Shown: one piece after another, positions 1 through 10,171 of the stretch | Layout: each line of letters starts with the position of its first letter | How positions within the stretch are numbered: the stretch's first letter is position 1 | Assembly: GCA_043743995.1 (NCBI GenBank) | Contig: JAYTVM010000219.1 | Location: 7,094 to 71,093 of the forward strand | DNA from: Pirellula sp. | Lineage (GTDB): Bacteria; Planctomycetota; Planctomycetia; Pirellulales; Pirellulaceae | Length of the DNA stretch: 64,000 nucleotides | Direction: 5' to 3' | Program-made: the position numbers and the translations under genes | The notes under the pieces: generated by a model | Seen by the model: the letters and a program-made list of their open reading frames with translations, nothing else | Database searches by the model: none | What the model was told of the DNA's origin: nothing

Positions 1-2
1 TC

Positions 3-3000
3 TTGTTTCAGTTGATTACAACTGCACGAGGTTGGCAGCTATTGCGACGAGCGGCAAGACGAGGCAGTTCGCTTGGTGAACCATCGAGTCGCTTGGTAGA
101 AGACTGCCGGCAGCGACTGAAGATTTCGACCCAGGTCATGGTCTTGCGATCGAACGAGGTGTCGATGCCGCTCACGTTTGGTGTCATGCACCCAGTCGTG
201 CTCTTGCCGGTCGATTTTGAAGAATGGACGGCTCTTGAACAGCGGGCAGTCGCAATGCACGAGTTCTCGCACATCGCACGCCGCGACATTCTTGGCGAAC
301 TACTTGTGCGAAGTATGCAAGCGTTGTACTGGCTTCATCCAGCCAGCCATTGGATTGCCAAGCAAGTACGAGCTGCTCGCGAGGGAGCCACAGATCAACA
401 TGTGATCGCAACCGGTTTTTCGCCGCAAAAATACGCAAGATGCCTCGTGCAGATTCTTGAACGCGAGCACACGCGGAGTACAAAAGGTTTGACTTGCATT
501 CCTTCGGTTGCAATGTCGGCCTATGGAGATATGGAAGTTCGCATCAACTCAATCCTTCGAGGAGAAGAAAAAATGGATTACGCTCGCAAATCGATTTGGA
601 TAGTTTGTTTAGTTCTCTTTATGTCTTTCACCATGGTTCGGCTAGAAGCGGTTCCCTGGCTGGCACCAGAATATGTTTCGGATGAATCATCGACGATGCC
701 AATGGAGAGCAACGAATCCGAGGAGAGTTCAAAGCAGGGCCAGTCATCAACGCTTCTGTCAGATGATTCGAAAGGATCGCAGAGAAACGATCTTCTTGAT
801 TTGATTTTGAATACTCCCGTTGTGGGCAACATCAGCGCCCCGGACGGCGTCGAAATTAGTCTTGCGGGGAGGGTTCTCGGGCCAAACCAAGAGCCGGTCC
901 GCGGATGCACTGTAGTACTGAGTCACCTTGACATGCGGCAACTTGCAACGAAAGGTAGGTTAGAGGCAAGTCTACAAGATTCAGGCAATATTCGACTTCA
1001 GAGCCTACTGGCGCGAACCATAACCGACGAAGACGGCAGATATACGTTTGCTAACGTCGTTGCGCCCAGCGATTTGAGGCTAGCGGGTAGCGAGAAAAAA
1101 TGGACTGGTCAGCTGATTGCCGGCCACAGTGAGTTGGGGATTGGTTGGGAAGGGTTTGAAACGTTACGCGAACATTTAATCAACCGAGAACACAATATTC
1201 ATTTAAGCGAAATGACTTCGGTTGAAGGGCAATGTCTCAATTCGGATGGCACTCCGGCGAAAGAATCAAATGTGATGATTTCTAGTCTGCACAAGAAAGC
1301 TGATGGTCGATCTGGCCTATTTCTGTGTGGCGCACTTCATGTCAATTCGTTAACGGATTCGAACGGTCGAATCCGCTTCTTCCATTTGCCCGGAGATACA
1401 TTAGCTGGCATATCAGCCTCAGGAAGTGGAGGCATAACATTTACGGTTCTCCATATCAAAACAGATCAAGGCTCGAATCTGTCCGATTTTGGACGGATTG
1501 CCCTCCCGCCAGGAGTGCAGATTCAAACGAGCCCCGCCCTATTGAATCTTCGAAAGCCAATCCAGATCCCGGTACGAGTCATCAATACAAACGGAAAACC
1601 TATTTCTGGTGCGAAACTTTTTGGAGATGGACCCTATCAGACAACGGATCACCAAGGAATTGCCCTATGGACATTGAATCCACAAATCGCAGAAGCGAAA
1701 ATAGCGAACACGGCAGCGAATCAAGTTGCTCGCATAGTCGCAATTTTCGATAGTGGCTCGCCTTACTTGCGAACAGAAATCACAGTCCGATGGGATTCAA
1801 TCACGGAAGCCAAGACTATTGAAATCATTGCGGAAAAAGGGACGCGGGTTCGGGGGAAGGTCTTTACGAACGAGGGTTCCGTTGCCTCAGGTGTCTTGAT
1901 CTACGATCCGAAGTCGATTGGGCAATCGGGTAGAGTTGACAAGGAAGGCAATTTCGAAATTACTGTACCAAAGAAGAAGTGCCGCTTGCTCGTTTGTAGA
2001 TCGGAGGGCGGTTATCGAATTCCTAGCGTCAAACAAGTTCAGTCCGTAAACGGATCAACATTCGAAATTCCAGATGATTGGAAATACATTGACGTAGACG
2101 CAACAAGCGGCGACGACATTGAGCTTCCGACGATAACGGTCCAAAGGGCAGAGCCTATTCATTTGTTTGCTCAATTGCCAAATGGCTTACCCGCGATAAA
2201 CGCAACGGCCATTCTCACCGACATCGATATTCGAAAAGTGGAAAGAAACACTTCCTTTAGTAAAGGGTTTCTGTCCACGAATACTTCGACCGACAACAAT
2301 GGATTGGCCACTATTGTAGCGCAAGGGGTACCAAGTAAGCTCGCATCAGTCGAAGTTAGATTGCTATACGAGAATGTTCCTTACCTGGGTATTGCCAGCC
2401 TCGATCAGATTTCGGCTGGGAAATTGTTGGTGCGTCTAAAGCCAGAATGGTTGATTCGGGGTCGCATTTCGCTTGATGGACAACCAGTCCAGGGTGCTTG
2501 GGTGCATGCCATTCGACACGTCTCAACAAATGGGGAAATACTCCGGCCAGACAGCGTGTTGCACTGTCACATGACAACGAATGACTTGGGCGAATACGAG
2601 TTTATTATGCCACGGGACCGGGACTACGAGATCCAAGTCAGTGGTTTGCCTCAAGACAGCTCTTGCCACGGATCCACTCACAAATTGACGCGTCGAAGTG
2701 CAAGCGAGATGGAAGTTCCAGAGTTTCGATATGAACGAGGAACGGAATCCATTGCAGGATCAGTCGTCGATGTGAAGGGCGAACCTATTGCTGGAGCTTT
2801 TGTTTTCATCCAAGGAAATAGAGAACGACTGTGGATTGGCCAATCGAGATCCAGCCCTGTAAAATCTGACAAATCGGGCCGATTTGTAATGCCAAATCTG
2901 CCACGCGGTCCTTTTCGTTTAAAAGCGCAGTGGGGAGAAGGTCCGAGCACGACTGCTTCGAGCAGTGAAGTTATAACAAAGTCGGGCGAAACCGACGTCC

Positions 3001-3035
3001 GCTTAATCGTCCCTGCGATTCAAACGCCCAAGTGA
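3..3035 (+). CDS. BlaR1/MecR1-type peptidase M56 protein with C-terminal carboxypeptidase-regulatory-like beta repeats (5' truncated by window edge)
   Basis: HEFSH (HExxH) zinc motif in AMHEFSHIARRD followed by YWLHP and REGATD, typical of M56; then a TM helix and repeated GRV-(D/N)-xxG-xP units. Confidence 0.85.
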   Translation: MFQLITTARGWQLLRRAARRGSSLGEPSSRLVEDCRQRLKISTQVMVLRSNEVSMPLTFGVMHPVVLLPVDFEEWTALEQRAVAMHEFSHIARRDILGELLVRSMQALYWLHPASHWIAKQVRAAREGATDQHVIATGFSPQKYARCLVQILEREHTRSTKGLTCIPSVAMSAYGDMEVRINSILRGEEKMDYARKSIWIVCLVLFMSFTMVRLEAVPWLAPEYVSDESSTMPMESNESEESSKQGQSSTLLSDDSKGSQRNDLLDLILNTPVVGNISAPDGVEISLAGRVLGPNQEPVRGCTVVLSHLDMRQLATKGRLEASLQDSGNIRLQSLLARTITDEDGRYTFANVVAPSDLRLAGSEKKWTGQLIAGHSELGIGWEGFETLREHLINREHNIHLSEMTSVEGQCLNSDGTPAKESNVMISSLHKKADGRSGLFLCGALHVNSLTDSNGRIRFFHLPGDTLAGISASGSGGITFTVLHIKTDQGSNLSDFGRIALPPGVQIQTSPALLNLRKPIQIPVRVINTNGKPISGAKLFGDGPYQTTDHQGIALWTLNPQIAEAKIANTAANQVARIVAIFDSGSPYLRTEITVRWDSITEAKTIEIIAEKGTRVRGKVFTNEGSVASGVLIYDPKSIGQSGRVDKEGNFEITVPKKKCRLLVCRSEGGYRIPSVKQVQSVNGSTFEIPDDWKYIDVDATSGDDIELPTITVQRAEPIHLFAQLPNGLPAINATAILTDIDIRKVERNTSFSKGFLSTNTSTDNNGLATIVAQGVPSKLASVEVRLLYENVPYLGIASLDQISAGKLLVRLKPEWLIRGRISLDGQPVQGAWVHAIRHVSTNGEILRPDSVLHCHMTTNDLGEYEFIMPRDRDYEIQVSGLPQDSSCHGSTHKLTRRSASEMEVPEFRYERGTESIAGSVVDVKGEPIAGAFVFIQGNRERLWIGQSRSSPVKSDKSGRFVMPNLPRGPFRLKAQWGEGPSTTASSSEVITKSGETDVRLIVPAIQTPK

Positions 3036-3184
3036 CGTTTTGTTTGGATCCATGAGCTGGATACGCAAGCAGGGATCAGGATGCCAACCATTTACCAACA
3101 CCGTTCGTCGACCAAGGACAAACAGACAGTTAGGAGTAAACATGTCCAATACCCAAGATATAGTTGCGTTTCCAACACTCTCTT

Positions 3185-3230
3185 CCCCTCATCCCCAGCC
3201 CTTCTCCCCGGACGACCGGAGAGAAGGGAG
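3185..3230. repeat. CCCTCAyCCCC-family palindromic repeat
   Basis: CCCCTCATCCCCAGCCCTTCTCC...GGAGAGAAGGG hairpin; same family as 9813-9855, 9963-10008 and 16696-16756. Confidence 0.7.
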
Positions 3231-3397
3231 CAAGAATCCATTCGCAGGTGTGACTGATATCACCGCCAGTTGATTGAAATGCAGGTTGGGGACCCGGGAA
3301 GAATACCCTATAGCGCCGCTAGACCTGATATGATTTGAAATACAGCGTACGGTTTTTTCCAACCAGTTTTACTAACAATAGTGTCAAGGGCTTTGTA

Positions 3398-4239
3398 ATG
3401 ACGCAGGATGATCGGCGAACAATTTTGAAACAGGCAGCTGCGGGTATGGCGACTCTCTCGACCCTCAACTGGATGGCTCTGTCAAAGGCAGCGGGAGCAA
3501 ATGAGAAGATCGTTATGGGAGCAATTGGATGCGGTGGTCAAGGGACCGGATTGCTTATGATCTCTGGGTTGGACCTGCTCCGTTTGTTCCGTTCCAACAG
3601 AATCGTCACCACTATTCTTGGTACTGGTGGTACGACTTTGGCACAGGCGACGCGGGGAACGATGGCGTCCATGAAATCGACATCGCGCGTTGGGGGCTTG
3701 GCGTGGAAACTCATCCATCGTGCGTTTCGGCAATGGGTGGTAAACTTTTCTTCGACGACGAGTAACAGTTTCCAGACACCGAGTTTGTTGTGTTTGACTA
3801 TCCCGGCAGCGGCAAAGTGGGAGAACGCCGGCAACTGTGTTTTGAGATGCGGCTCTGGTCTCGCTATGGCCTCGAAAACATTGACAATGGAAACGCATTT
3901 TACGGCACCAAAGGATGGATGCTGTTAAGTAAGCGGGGCGTCTTGAAAGTCTATGGGGAGGACAAGAAGCTGATTCCAATCGAAGGGGAGCCCGCGAAAA
4001 CCCCAGGGCACCGAAACAATTTCATTGACTCCATCCGAAACAATGTGCAGCCAAACGCTCCGATCGAAGTCGGACACTTGTCTTCGTCGCTGTGCCATCT
4101 TGGCAACATCGCTTCGCGAGTCGGTCGTTCTCTTCGCTTTGATCCAGCCACGGAGAAAATTATCGGCGACGAGGAAGCGAATCGACTCGTGAGTCGTATT
4201 TATCGCAAAGACCATTGGGCGATTCCAAAGGGAGTCTAA
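3398..4239 (+). pseudogene. Gfo/Idh/MocA oxidoreductase pseudogene (Tat signal, internal deletion with frameshift, in-frame stop)
   Basis: ATG 3398 gives DRRTILK (Tat) and IVMGAIGCGGQG; near 3550 the frame shifts directly into YDLWVGPAP...DFGTGDAGNDGVHEIDIARWG; TAA at 3763-3765 interrupts DDE*QFPDT; frame continues to GHLSSSLCHLGNIA...YRKDHW. Confidence 0.85.
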
Positions 4240-4245
4240 TAGGAA

Positions 4246-4307
4246 GGGGATAGGCTGCCAGCCTATTGTCATAGTGTCCTTACCAACAGGCTGGAAGCCT
4301 ATCCTAC
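4246..4307. repeat. GTAG-type REP doublet (CAGGCTGGAAGCCTA family)
   Basis: GGATAGGCTGCCAGCCT...AGGCTGGAAGCCTATCCTAC directly after a stop codon. Confidence 0.7.
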
Positions 4308-4328
4308 CTACCCAATCGAGATTAACTC

Positions 4329-5285
4329 ATGACTTTTTTCAAGACGATGGCTCTCCTATTGATCGCTCCCTGTTTTGCGTCCAGCATGGCGATATGTGCG
4401 GACGAGCCTGTGGTGTCGTTTAAGGAGAAACCCGGACAAGTAGAGATCGTCATCGGAGACGAGCCGCTGGCAACTTACTACTACCAAGATGAAAGAATTA
4501 CACGGCCTCACTTCGCGCACCTTCGAGCTCCTGGCGGAGTTCAAGTGACACGCAATCACCCACCTATCGATGGACAAGACGAACCTGATCATGCAACATT
4601 GCACCCAGGTCTATGGCTCGCCTTCGGTGACCTCAGCAAGGCGGACTGCTGGCGAAATAAAGCTCAAGTCCGACACGCGAGTTTTATCGATAAGCCGACC
4701 GGTAGCGCTGGAACAGGATCATTTGCCGTTCGAAATGAGTATTTGGCAAACGATGGCACTCAAATCGTTTGCCAGGAAACCTGTCGCTATTCCTTTATGA
4801 GTCGGCCTGCGGGCCATTTGATTGTTTGGGACTCCGAATTCAAGTCAGCTGAAGCAGACTTCGTATTTGGAGATCAAGAAGAGATGGGGTTAGGAATTCG
4901 AGTAGCGACGCCCCTGAGTGTCAAAAAAGGCGGGCAAATTACGATCAGTTCAGGAGAAAAAAATGAGAAACAAGTCCGCGGCAAGTCGGCAGCTTGGTGT
5001 GACTACAGTGGGAACATAGACGGACGCCATTTAGGCATTACGCTCATGCCGAATGCAGGCAATTTCAGGTCAAGTTGGTATCATGCACGAGATTATGGAT
5101 TTGTGGCTGCCAATCCGTTTGGGCGGAATGCTTTGACGAAAGGAGAGCCAAGCGAGGTTGTGGTCAAGAAAGGCGAATCGTTTCGTTTGCGTTTCGGTGT
5201 ATTGATTCATGCCTCGTCGATTGACAAACCTATCGACATCGCTGAAGCGTACAATGATTACTACCGCATTTCTGCTATTAGGTAG
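4329..5285 (+). CDS. PmoA-like / DUF6807 family secreted protein
   Basis: Signal peptide; DEPDHATLHPGLW, GLGIRVA, WYHARDYGFVAANPFG motifs. Confidence 0.75.
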   Translation: MTFFKTMALLLIAPCFASSMAICADEPVVSFKEKPGQVEIVIGDEPLATYYYQDERITRPHFAHLRAPGGVQVTRNHPPIDGQDEPDHATLHPGLWLAFGDLSKADCWRNKAQVRHASFIDKPTGSAGTGSFAVRNEYLANDGTQIVCQETCRYSFMSRPAGHLIVWDSEFKSAEADFVFGDQEEMGLGIRVATPLSVKKGGQITISSGEKNEKQVRGKSAAWCDYSGNIDGRHLGITLMPNAGNFRSSWYHARDYGFVAANPFGRNALTKGEPSEVVVKKGESFRLRFGVLIHASSIDKPIDIAEAYNDYYRISAIR

Positions 5286-5362
5286 AACGTAGCATAGGCA
5301 TCTTGCCTGTGAGGATTTCTCATGAATACTCAGGCTGGAAGCCTAAGCTACGTCGATGGATG
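5286..5362. repeat. GTAG-type REP element, copy 1
   Basis: 74/77 nt identical to 33144-33220 by manual alignment; GTAGCATAGGC...GCCTAAGCTAC inverted ends. Confidence 0.9.
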
Positions 5363-5475
5363 CTGACTTAAGAAACGGTACCTAGCTTGTTGACGAATCT
5401 TGAGTTACGATTTTAGGTCTTGGTTATTTACCAGTTGCGAGTTGCACTTCTCTCAAACACAAGAAACGAAAACCT

Positions 5476-6534
5476 ATGCTTCGTATATTTTGGCTTTCAA
5501 TTTGTTTAGTGACGTTTTGCCCTTTTGCGAATGGAACCGCTGCGGATCGATTGGTCTTTCAGCCTTCCGACGTAAAGGCATCGAAGCATGCAGTCTTAAT
5601 TGCGGGCGACGAAGAATATCGGACCGAAGAGACCATGCCCATGTTGGCGAAGATCCTTAGCCAGAAGCACGGATTTAAATGCACTGTGGTTTTTTCGTTA
5701 GGTCCGGATGGGGCAGATTACATAGATCCCAACCACTCAGCCGGCCTACGAGGCTTGGAAGCGTTGGCCGATGCCGACTTGATGATCATCGGAACCCGCT
5801 TTCGATCTCCTGTTGCAGAACAAGCGAAACACATCGCAGATTTCTTGAAGGCAGGAAAACCCGTAATCGGAATTCGAACCGCAACCCATGCTTTCAAAGG
5901 GAACGGAAGCTTCGACGGAATTTCGTTTAACGATTTTGGTATGAAAGTGCTCGGAGAGACTTGGGTCAATCATCATGGTCAGCACAAGAAAGATGGGGCT
6001 CGCGGCGTCATCGAATCGGCTCAAACAACGCATCCCATTCTACGCAGCGTTACGGATGTGTTTGCTCCATCGGACGTATATGGCGTGACCCATTTAACGA
6101 GTGCCGATACGATTCTGATGCGTGGTGCCGTGACGGAATCCCTGGATCCCGCTTCGGCCAACAAAGTCAACGACAAGAACAATCCAATGCAACCTTTGGC
6201 ATGGCTGCACACTTATTCGAGACCAAATGGAGAAGGTACTGGGGCATCTTTTTGTACAACTGCGGGTGCATCGGTAGATTTTGTCAACGAAGATCTGCGT
6301 CGAATGATTGTGAATGCAGCATACCATTTAACTGGCCGGGACGTACCTGCGAAGGCTGACGTCGCGTTTGTTGACCCTTTTTATCCGAGCTTCTACGGCT
6401 TCATCAGCGAGCCAAACTATTGGAAGAATGCCAATCTGCATCCCGAGGATTTTGCAATGGGCAAGTCACCGCAACAGCCGGATCCAAAAGGTTCGCCTGA
6501 TTGGCCATTTCGTGATAAGCCCAAGACAAAGTAA
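5476..6534 (+). CDS. ThuA-like (trehalose utilisation, class I glutamine amidotransferase-like) secreted protein
   Basis: Signal peptide; LIAGDEEYRTEETMP, GKPVIGIRTATHAF, LGETWVNHHG. Confidence 0.75.
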   Translation: MLRIFWLSICLVTFCPFANGTAADRLVFQPSDVKASKHAVLIAGDEEYRTEETMPMLAKILSQKHGFKCTVVFSLGPDGADYIDPNHSAGLRGLEALADADLMIIGTRFRSPVAEQAKHIADFLKAGKPVIGIRTATHAFKGNGSFDGISFNDFGMKVLGETWVNHHGQHKKDGARGVIESAQTTHPILRSVTDVFAPSDVYGVTHLTSADTILMRGAVTESLDPASANKVNDKNNPMQPLAWLHTYSRPNGEGTGASFCTTAGASVDFVNEDLRRMIVNAAYHLTGRDVPAKADVAFVDPFYPSFYGFISEPNYWKNANLHPEDFAMGKSPQQPDPKGSPDWPFRDKPKTK

Positions 6535-6578
6535 CGCTGGTGTTCGATTCAATGATCGAGTGCTTTGTCTCAAAACAT

Positions 6579-6633
6579 GTAGTCGCGTCTCTCCGAGACG
6601 CGAATCAACTGAGTCTCGGAGAGACTCAGCTAC
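6579..6633. repeat. GTAG-type REP doublet (GTCTCTCCGAGAC family)
   Basis: GTAGTCGCGTCTCTCCGAGACGCG...CTGAGTCTCGGAGAGACTCAGCTAC. Confidence 0.75.
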
Positions 6634-6709
6634 GTGAAGCGACTCCCATTCCACCCTTGGCTACTGCCGCAGGCAGCGCGCTAAGTCTATTTTGCAAATC
6701 GGATTGATT

Positions 6710-7012
6710 ATGTTTGTCGTTGCTGTTGAATTTGTGATCGATGAAAACCATGTCGAGTCCTTTCGTCAACAGGTGCTTTTACAAGCACAAAACTCGTTGG
6801 AACTGGAAGAGGCATGCCGTGTTTTTGACGTTTGCTTTGATCCAGAGTGCCCAACAGACTGTTTTCTATACGAAGTGTACGATGATCGAGAGGCATTTGA
6901 TCGCCACCGGCAAACAAATCACTTTAGCAATTTCACGGCTGCCGTCACGCCATGGATTATCTCAAAGGACGTTCGATTCTTGGAACGCGTTTCACTTGAT
7001 CGAAATGGTTGA
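6710..7012 (+). CDS. Putative quinol monooxygenase (ABM / LsrG-like)
   Basis: ~100 aa; EEACRVFDV, FLYEVYDDREAFDRHRQTNHF. Confidence 0.8.
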   Translation: MFVVAVEFVIDENHVESFRQQVLLQAQNSLELEEACRVFDVCFDPECPTDCFLYEVYDDREAFDRHRQTNHFSNFTAAVTPWIISKDVRFLERVSLDRNG

Positions 7013-7160
7013 TCGCACGAGATAAGCCTCGTGTGCGGACGTCCCAGACAATGCCCAGGGTCATGTAAACTGCTTGGCGTGGCAGAGTTGGATGCGTGAC
7101 GAGCTGGCAAGCCGCTGCGCGGGTTAAACATAAGCCAGCCGCTGCGCGGCTTAGACGGGG

Positions 7161-8120
7161 TTAAACGTTTGGTACAAGTGCGTTGATTTGTTCGATCACA
7201 TCTTCGTCGAGCTTCATATGCATCGCATGGACGGACTCATTGATTTGGTCAGGGCATTTGGCGCCCACCAACGCGACGCTGATCCCGGGTCTGGTGAGCG
7301 ACCAAGCTAATACTAGTTGAGCGACCGTGCAGTCTAGCTCGCTGGCAAAGAACCTTAGTTTATCAAGTAGGTTTTGAGCGTCTTCCCAAGCTTGGCCTTG
7401 GTAAATCGGGTAGGTTAAGCGACGATCTGTAGGGTCAAAAACGTGGTCTCGTTTTAGTCGACCGGATAGCAAACCCTTCATCAACACCCAATAGCAAACA
7501 AGAGAGATGTTGTTTGGTAAGACAAAAGGAAGCAACTCGCGAACTACCTCTTGCTGGAACATGTTGAAATAGGGCTGAATCGCAACGACTGGACATACTG
7601 CAGCAAACAGTGTTGCTTGCTCAAGATTCACATTGGAAACCGCGGCGTAACGAGCCAAGCCACGCTTACAGATTTCCAAAATGGCGTTGGCGGACTCTTC
7701 GATTGGAACAGTCGGATCGGGCGTATGCAAATACATTACGTCGACGAAATCCATTCCCAAACGTGTTAGGCCTTTCTGCGCGTGAGATATGATCGTCTCG
7801 GGCCGGCCATCAATTACACGCTGTTTTTTTTCGTCCCAGTTTGCGCCAACTTTATGTGCGATGACGACCCGATCCCGGTTGGTTCTGAGTGCTTGACCAA
7901 GTAATCGATCGCTTCGGCCGTCATAACCGTATGAGTAAGCCGTATCGAAAAAGTTGACGCCTTGGTCAAAGGCAGCGTGAATCGTCGCGGTTGACAGCTC
8001 GTCTGTGACTCCTAAAGAGCTAATGCCCGATATTGGCCAGCAACCTAGCCCCACTCGGCTGACGTAAAGGTCGGAATTGCCAAGTCGCGTCAAATGCGCA
8101 GTGTCGATTTGGTCCGGCAT
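7161..8120 (-). CDS. Aldo/keto reductase
   Basis: RLGNSDLYVSRVGLGCW, NFFDTAYSYG, DVMYLHTPD, AQLVLAW; start moved to MPDQ. Confidence 0.9.
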   Translation of the reverse strand: MPDQIDTAHLTRLGNSDLYVSRVGLGCWPISGISSLGVTDELSTATIHAAFDQGVNFFDTAYSYGYDGRSDRLLGQALRTNRDRVVIAHKVGANWDEKKQRVIDGRPETIISHAQKGLTRLGMDFVDVMYLHTPDPTVPIEESANAILEICKRGLARYAAVSNVNLEQATLFAAVCPVVAIQPYFNMFQQEVVRELLPFVLPNNISLVCYWVLMKGLLSGRLKRDHVFDPTDRRLTYPIYQGQAWEDAQNLLDKLRFFASELDCTVAQLVLAWSLTRPGISVALVGAKCPDQINESVHAMHMKLDEDVIEQINALVPNV

Positions 8121-8277
8121 AAAGGGCTCTGCGAATAGGCTGAGAACGGCAGGGAAACAGAAGAATCTGCGATTGTACACGTTCCCCAGCGGATGACACC
8201 AAGTAACTATTGCTATATGCTTTTATGTGCAACATTCGCGGCGACTTAAGAATCCCTCAAATTAACAATTTCTTCCT

Positions 8278-9597
8278 ATGACCGAAATTACAGTTCCGTC
8301 CGTTGGCGAAAGCATTTCAGAGGTCCAGATTGGGCAATGGCTTAAGAAAGAAGGGGACTGGGTAGCCGCAGGTACCGACCTTGTCGATCTAGAAACAGAG
8401 AAGGCTTCGGTCCAAATCTCTGCACCTGAAGACGGGATATTGGTTAAGATTTTCAAGCAGAGTGAGGAGTTTGCTGCAGTTGGCGATGTCATCGCATCCT
8501 TTCAACCGGCTGCTAAGGCGGCTACAGTCCCAGCAGCAACGTCACCTATTCCTGGTCCTTCAATAGTTGCAGCGGGACCGGCCGCGACTGTTTCATCACA
8601 ACCGCAAACCGCTGCGACACGTGTGATGCCGGCAGCTCAGCGAATGCTCGCCGACAACCAACTTTCTGCAGGCCAGATTCCGCCAACTGGCCCTGGCGGT
8701 CGATTGCTCAAAGAAGACGTCGCTCGGTTCGTTTCTCAAACCGCTGCAACCGCTGGCTCCGTCGCGGTTGTTGCTAGTGTTGCGGCAGCAACGCCAGCTT
8801 CCGTTGTGGGGAAAGCTGCTGCCAACGTGACTAGCACTGCAACACCCTCCACGCCGGTTACTCCAGCGCAGTCGCTGATGCAACAGGGGTCGCCGAATCG
8901 AAGCGAAGAGGTCAAGCCGATGAGCATGATCCGCCGCACGATTGCAACACGATTGGTCCAAGCTCAGCATAACGCAGCTTTGCTAACCACGTTCAACGAA
9001 GTTGATATGCAGCCGGTGATGAAACTGCGCACCAAATACAAGGACGCGTTCAATGAAAAGCACGGTGTAAAATTAGGCTTCATGTCGTTTTTTGCAAAAG
9101 CCGCATGCGAGGCTCTGAAACGCTATACATCGGTGAACGCAGAGGTTCGGGGCAACAACGTCGTCTATCGCAACTACTGCGACATCGGGATTGCAATTGG
9201 AGGTGGCAAGGGGCTGGTTGTTCCAGTGCTCCGCAATGTGGAGAAGATGGGCTTTGCCGAGATAGAGCGGACCATTGGCGAATTCGCATCTCGGGCACTC
9301 GCAAACAAATTGATGCCTGACGACCTTGAGGGTGGCACGTTTACGATTAGCAATGGCGGCATCTATGGCTCGTTGCTTTCGACGCCCATAGTGAATCCTC
9401 CTCAAAGCGGCATTCTTGGTCTGCATTCCATCCAAGAGCGTCCAATTGCACTCAACGGCGAAGTCGTTATTCGTCCAATGATGTACTTAGCGTTAACTTA
9501 CGACCACCGCATCGTGGATGGCCGCGAAGCTGTATCGTTCTTGAAAACGATCAAAGACGTCATCGAAGATCCATCGCGACTCTTCTTGGAAATTTAA
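8278..9597 (+). CDS. sucB: 2-oxoglutarate dehydrogenase E2, dihydrolipoyllysine succinyltransferase
   Basis: [10 protein letters not shown] lipoyl domain with LETEKA, E3-binding [12 protein letters not shown], catalytic [12 protein letters not shown]. Confidence 0.95.
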   Translation: MTEITVPSVGESISEVQIGQWLKKEGDWVAAGTDLVDLETEKASVQISAPEDGILVKIFKQSEEFAAVGDVIASFQPAAKAATVPAATSPIPGPSIVAAGPAATVSSQPQTAATRVMPAAQRMLADNQLSAGQIPPTGPGGRLLKEDVARFVSQTAATAGSVAVVASVAAATPASVVGKAAANVTSTATPSTPVTPAQSLMQQGSPNRSEEVKPMSMIRRTIATRLVQAQHNAALLTTFNEVDMQPVMKLRTKYKDAFNEKHGVKLGFMSFFAKAACEALKRYTSVNAEVRGNNVVYRNYCDIGIAIGGGKGLVVPVLRNVEKMGFAEIERTIGEFASRALANKLMPDDLEGGTFTISNGGIYGSLLSTPIVNPPQSGILGLHSIQERPIALNGEVVIRPMMYLALTYDHRIVDGREAVSFLKTIKDVIEDPSRLFLEI

Positions 9598-9812
9598 TGG
9601 GATAGACTTCCAGCAGGCTGAAGCCTGTCGCTGCTTTCGCTTTTTTGGGAATCGTCTAGCTGTAGGCGCCAGCGCAAGCAACAGACTTTAGCCTGAGTGA
9701 TTATCCAATTTGCAACTATTTATCATGGAATTTTTCGCACACTCAGTGCGAAATCCTGCAACCCAGTTAAACTGGGGTTTCGTCGCAAAACTACCCACAT
9801 CTTTGACTTTGC

Positions 9813-9855
9813 TCCCCTCGCCCCTTTTTAGGGGAGAGGGGCTGGGGGTGAGGGG
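9813..9855. repeat. CCCTCACCCC-family repeat (reverse copy)
   Basis: CCCCTCGCCCCTTTTTAGGGGAGAGGGGCTGGGGGTGAGGGG; inverted relative to 9963-10008. Confidence 0.8.
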
Positions 9856-9962
9856 TTTTGCACTGTGATCTGATTGGATTTTTGATCGTGGATTGAATGC
9901 ATCGACTCGTTTCAGAAAGTATGACAAAACACTGAACCGGAGGCTTGCAACTCTACGCTCAA

Positions 9963-10008
9963 CCCCTCACCCCCCGACCCCCTCTCCCCCTAAAAAAGGG
10001 GAGAGAGG
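9963..10008. repeat. CCCTCACCCC-family repeat (forward copy)
   Basis: CCCCTCACCCCCCGACCCCCTCTCCCCCTAAAAAAGGGGAGAGAGG. Confidence 0.8.
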
Positions 10009-10171
10009 CACGAGGCCGGTGGAGCCAGGAATTTTCGCAAGTCCACTCCATTCGGCCCAAGGCCATAGGGAGCTAGAAGGACGCGCCGCGGGCCTCGACG
10101 AGCTCGATGGAGAGCTTAATTCCACGCCACCATCCAGACAACCTTAATAGGGGTCTTAGGGGATATCTTTC

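Noticed and set aside
3335-3928. 197 aa ORF as an intact oxidoreductase
   Set aside because: Only residues up to GCGGQGTGLL are family-like; the rest is out-of-frame readthrough of the pseudogene.
7080-7160. GCCGCTGCGCGG tandem palindromes between convergent genes
   Set aside because: Probably another short REP family or terminator; too short and without a second locus in the window to support.
8278-9597. sucB without adjacent sucA/lpdA as a novelty
   Set aside because: Split 2-oxoglutarate dehydrogenase loci are not rare and the protein is canonical.
9893-10147. 84 aa ORF containing PHPPTPSPPKKGERG
   Set aside because: The peptide is just translation of the CCCTCACCCC repeat.
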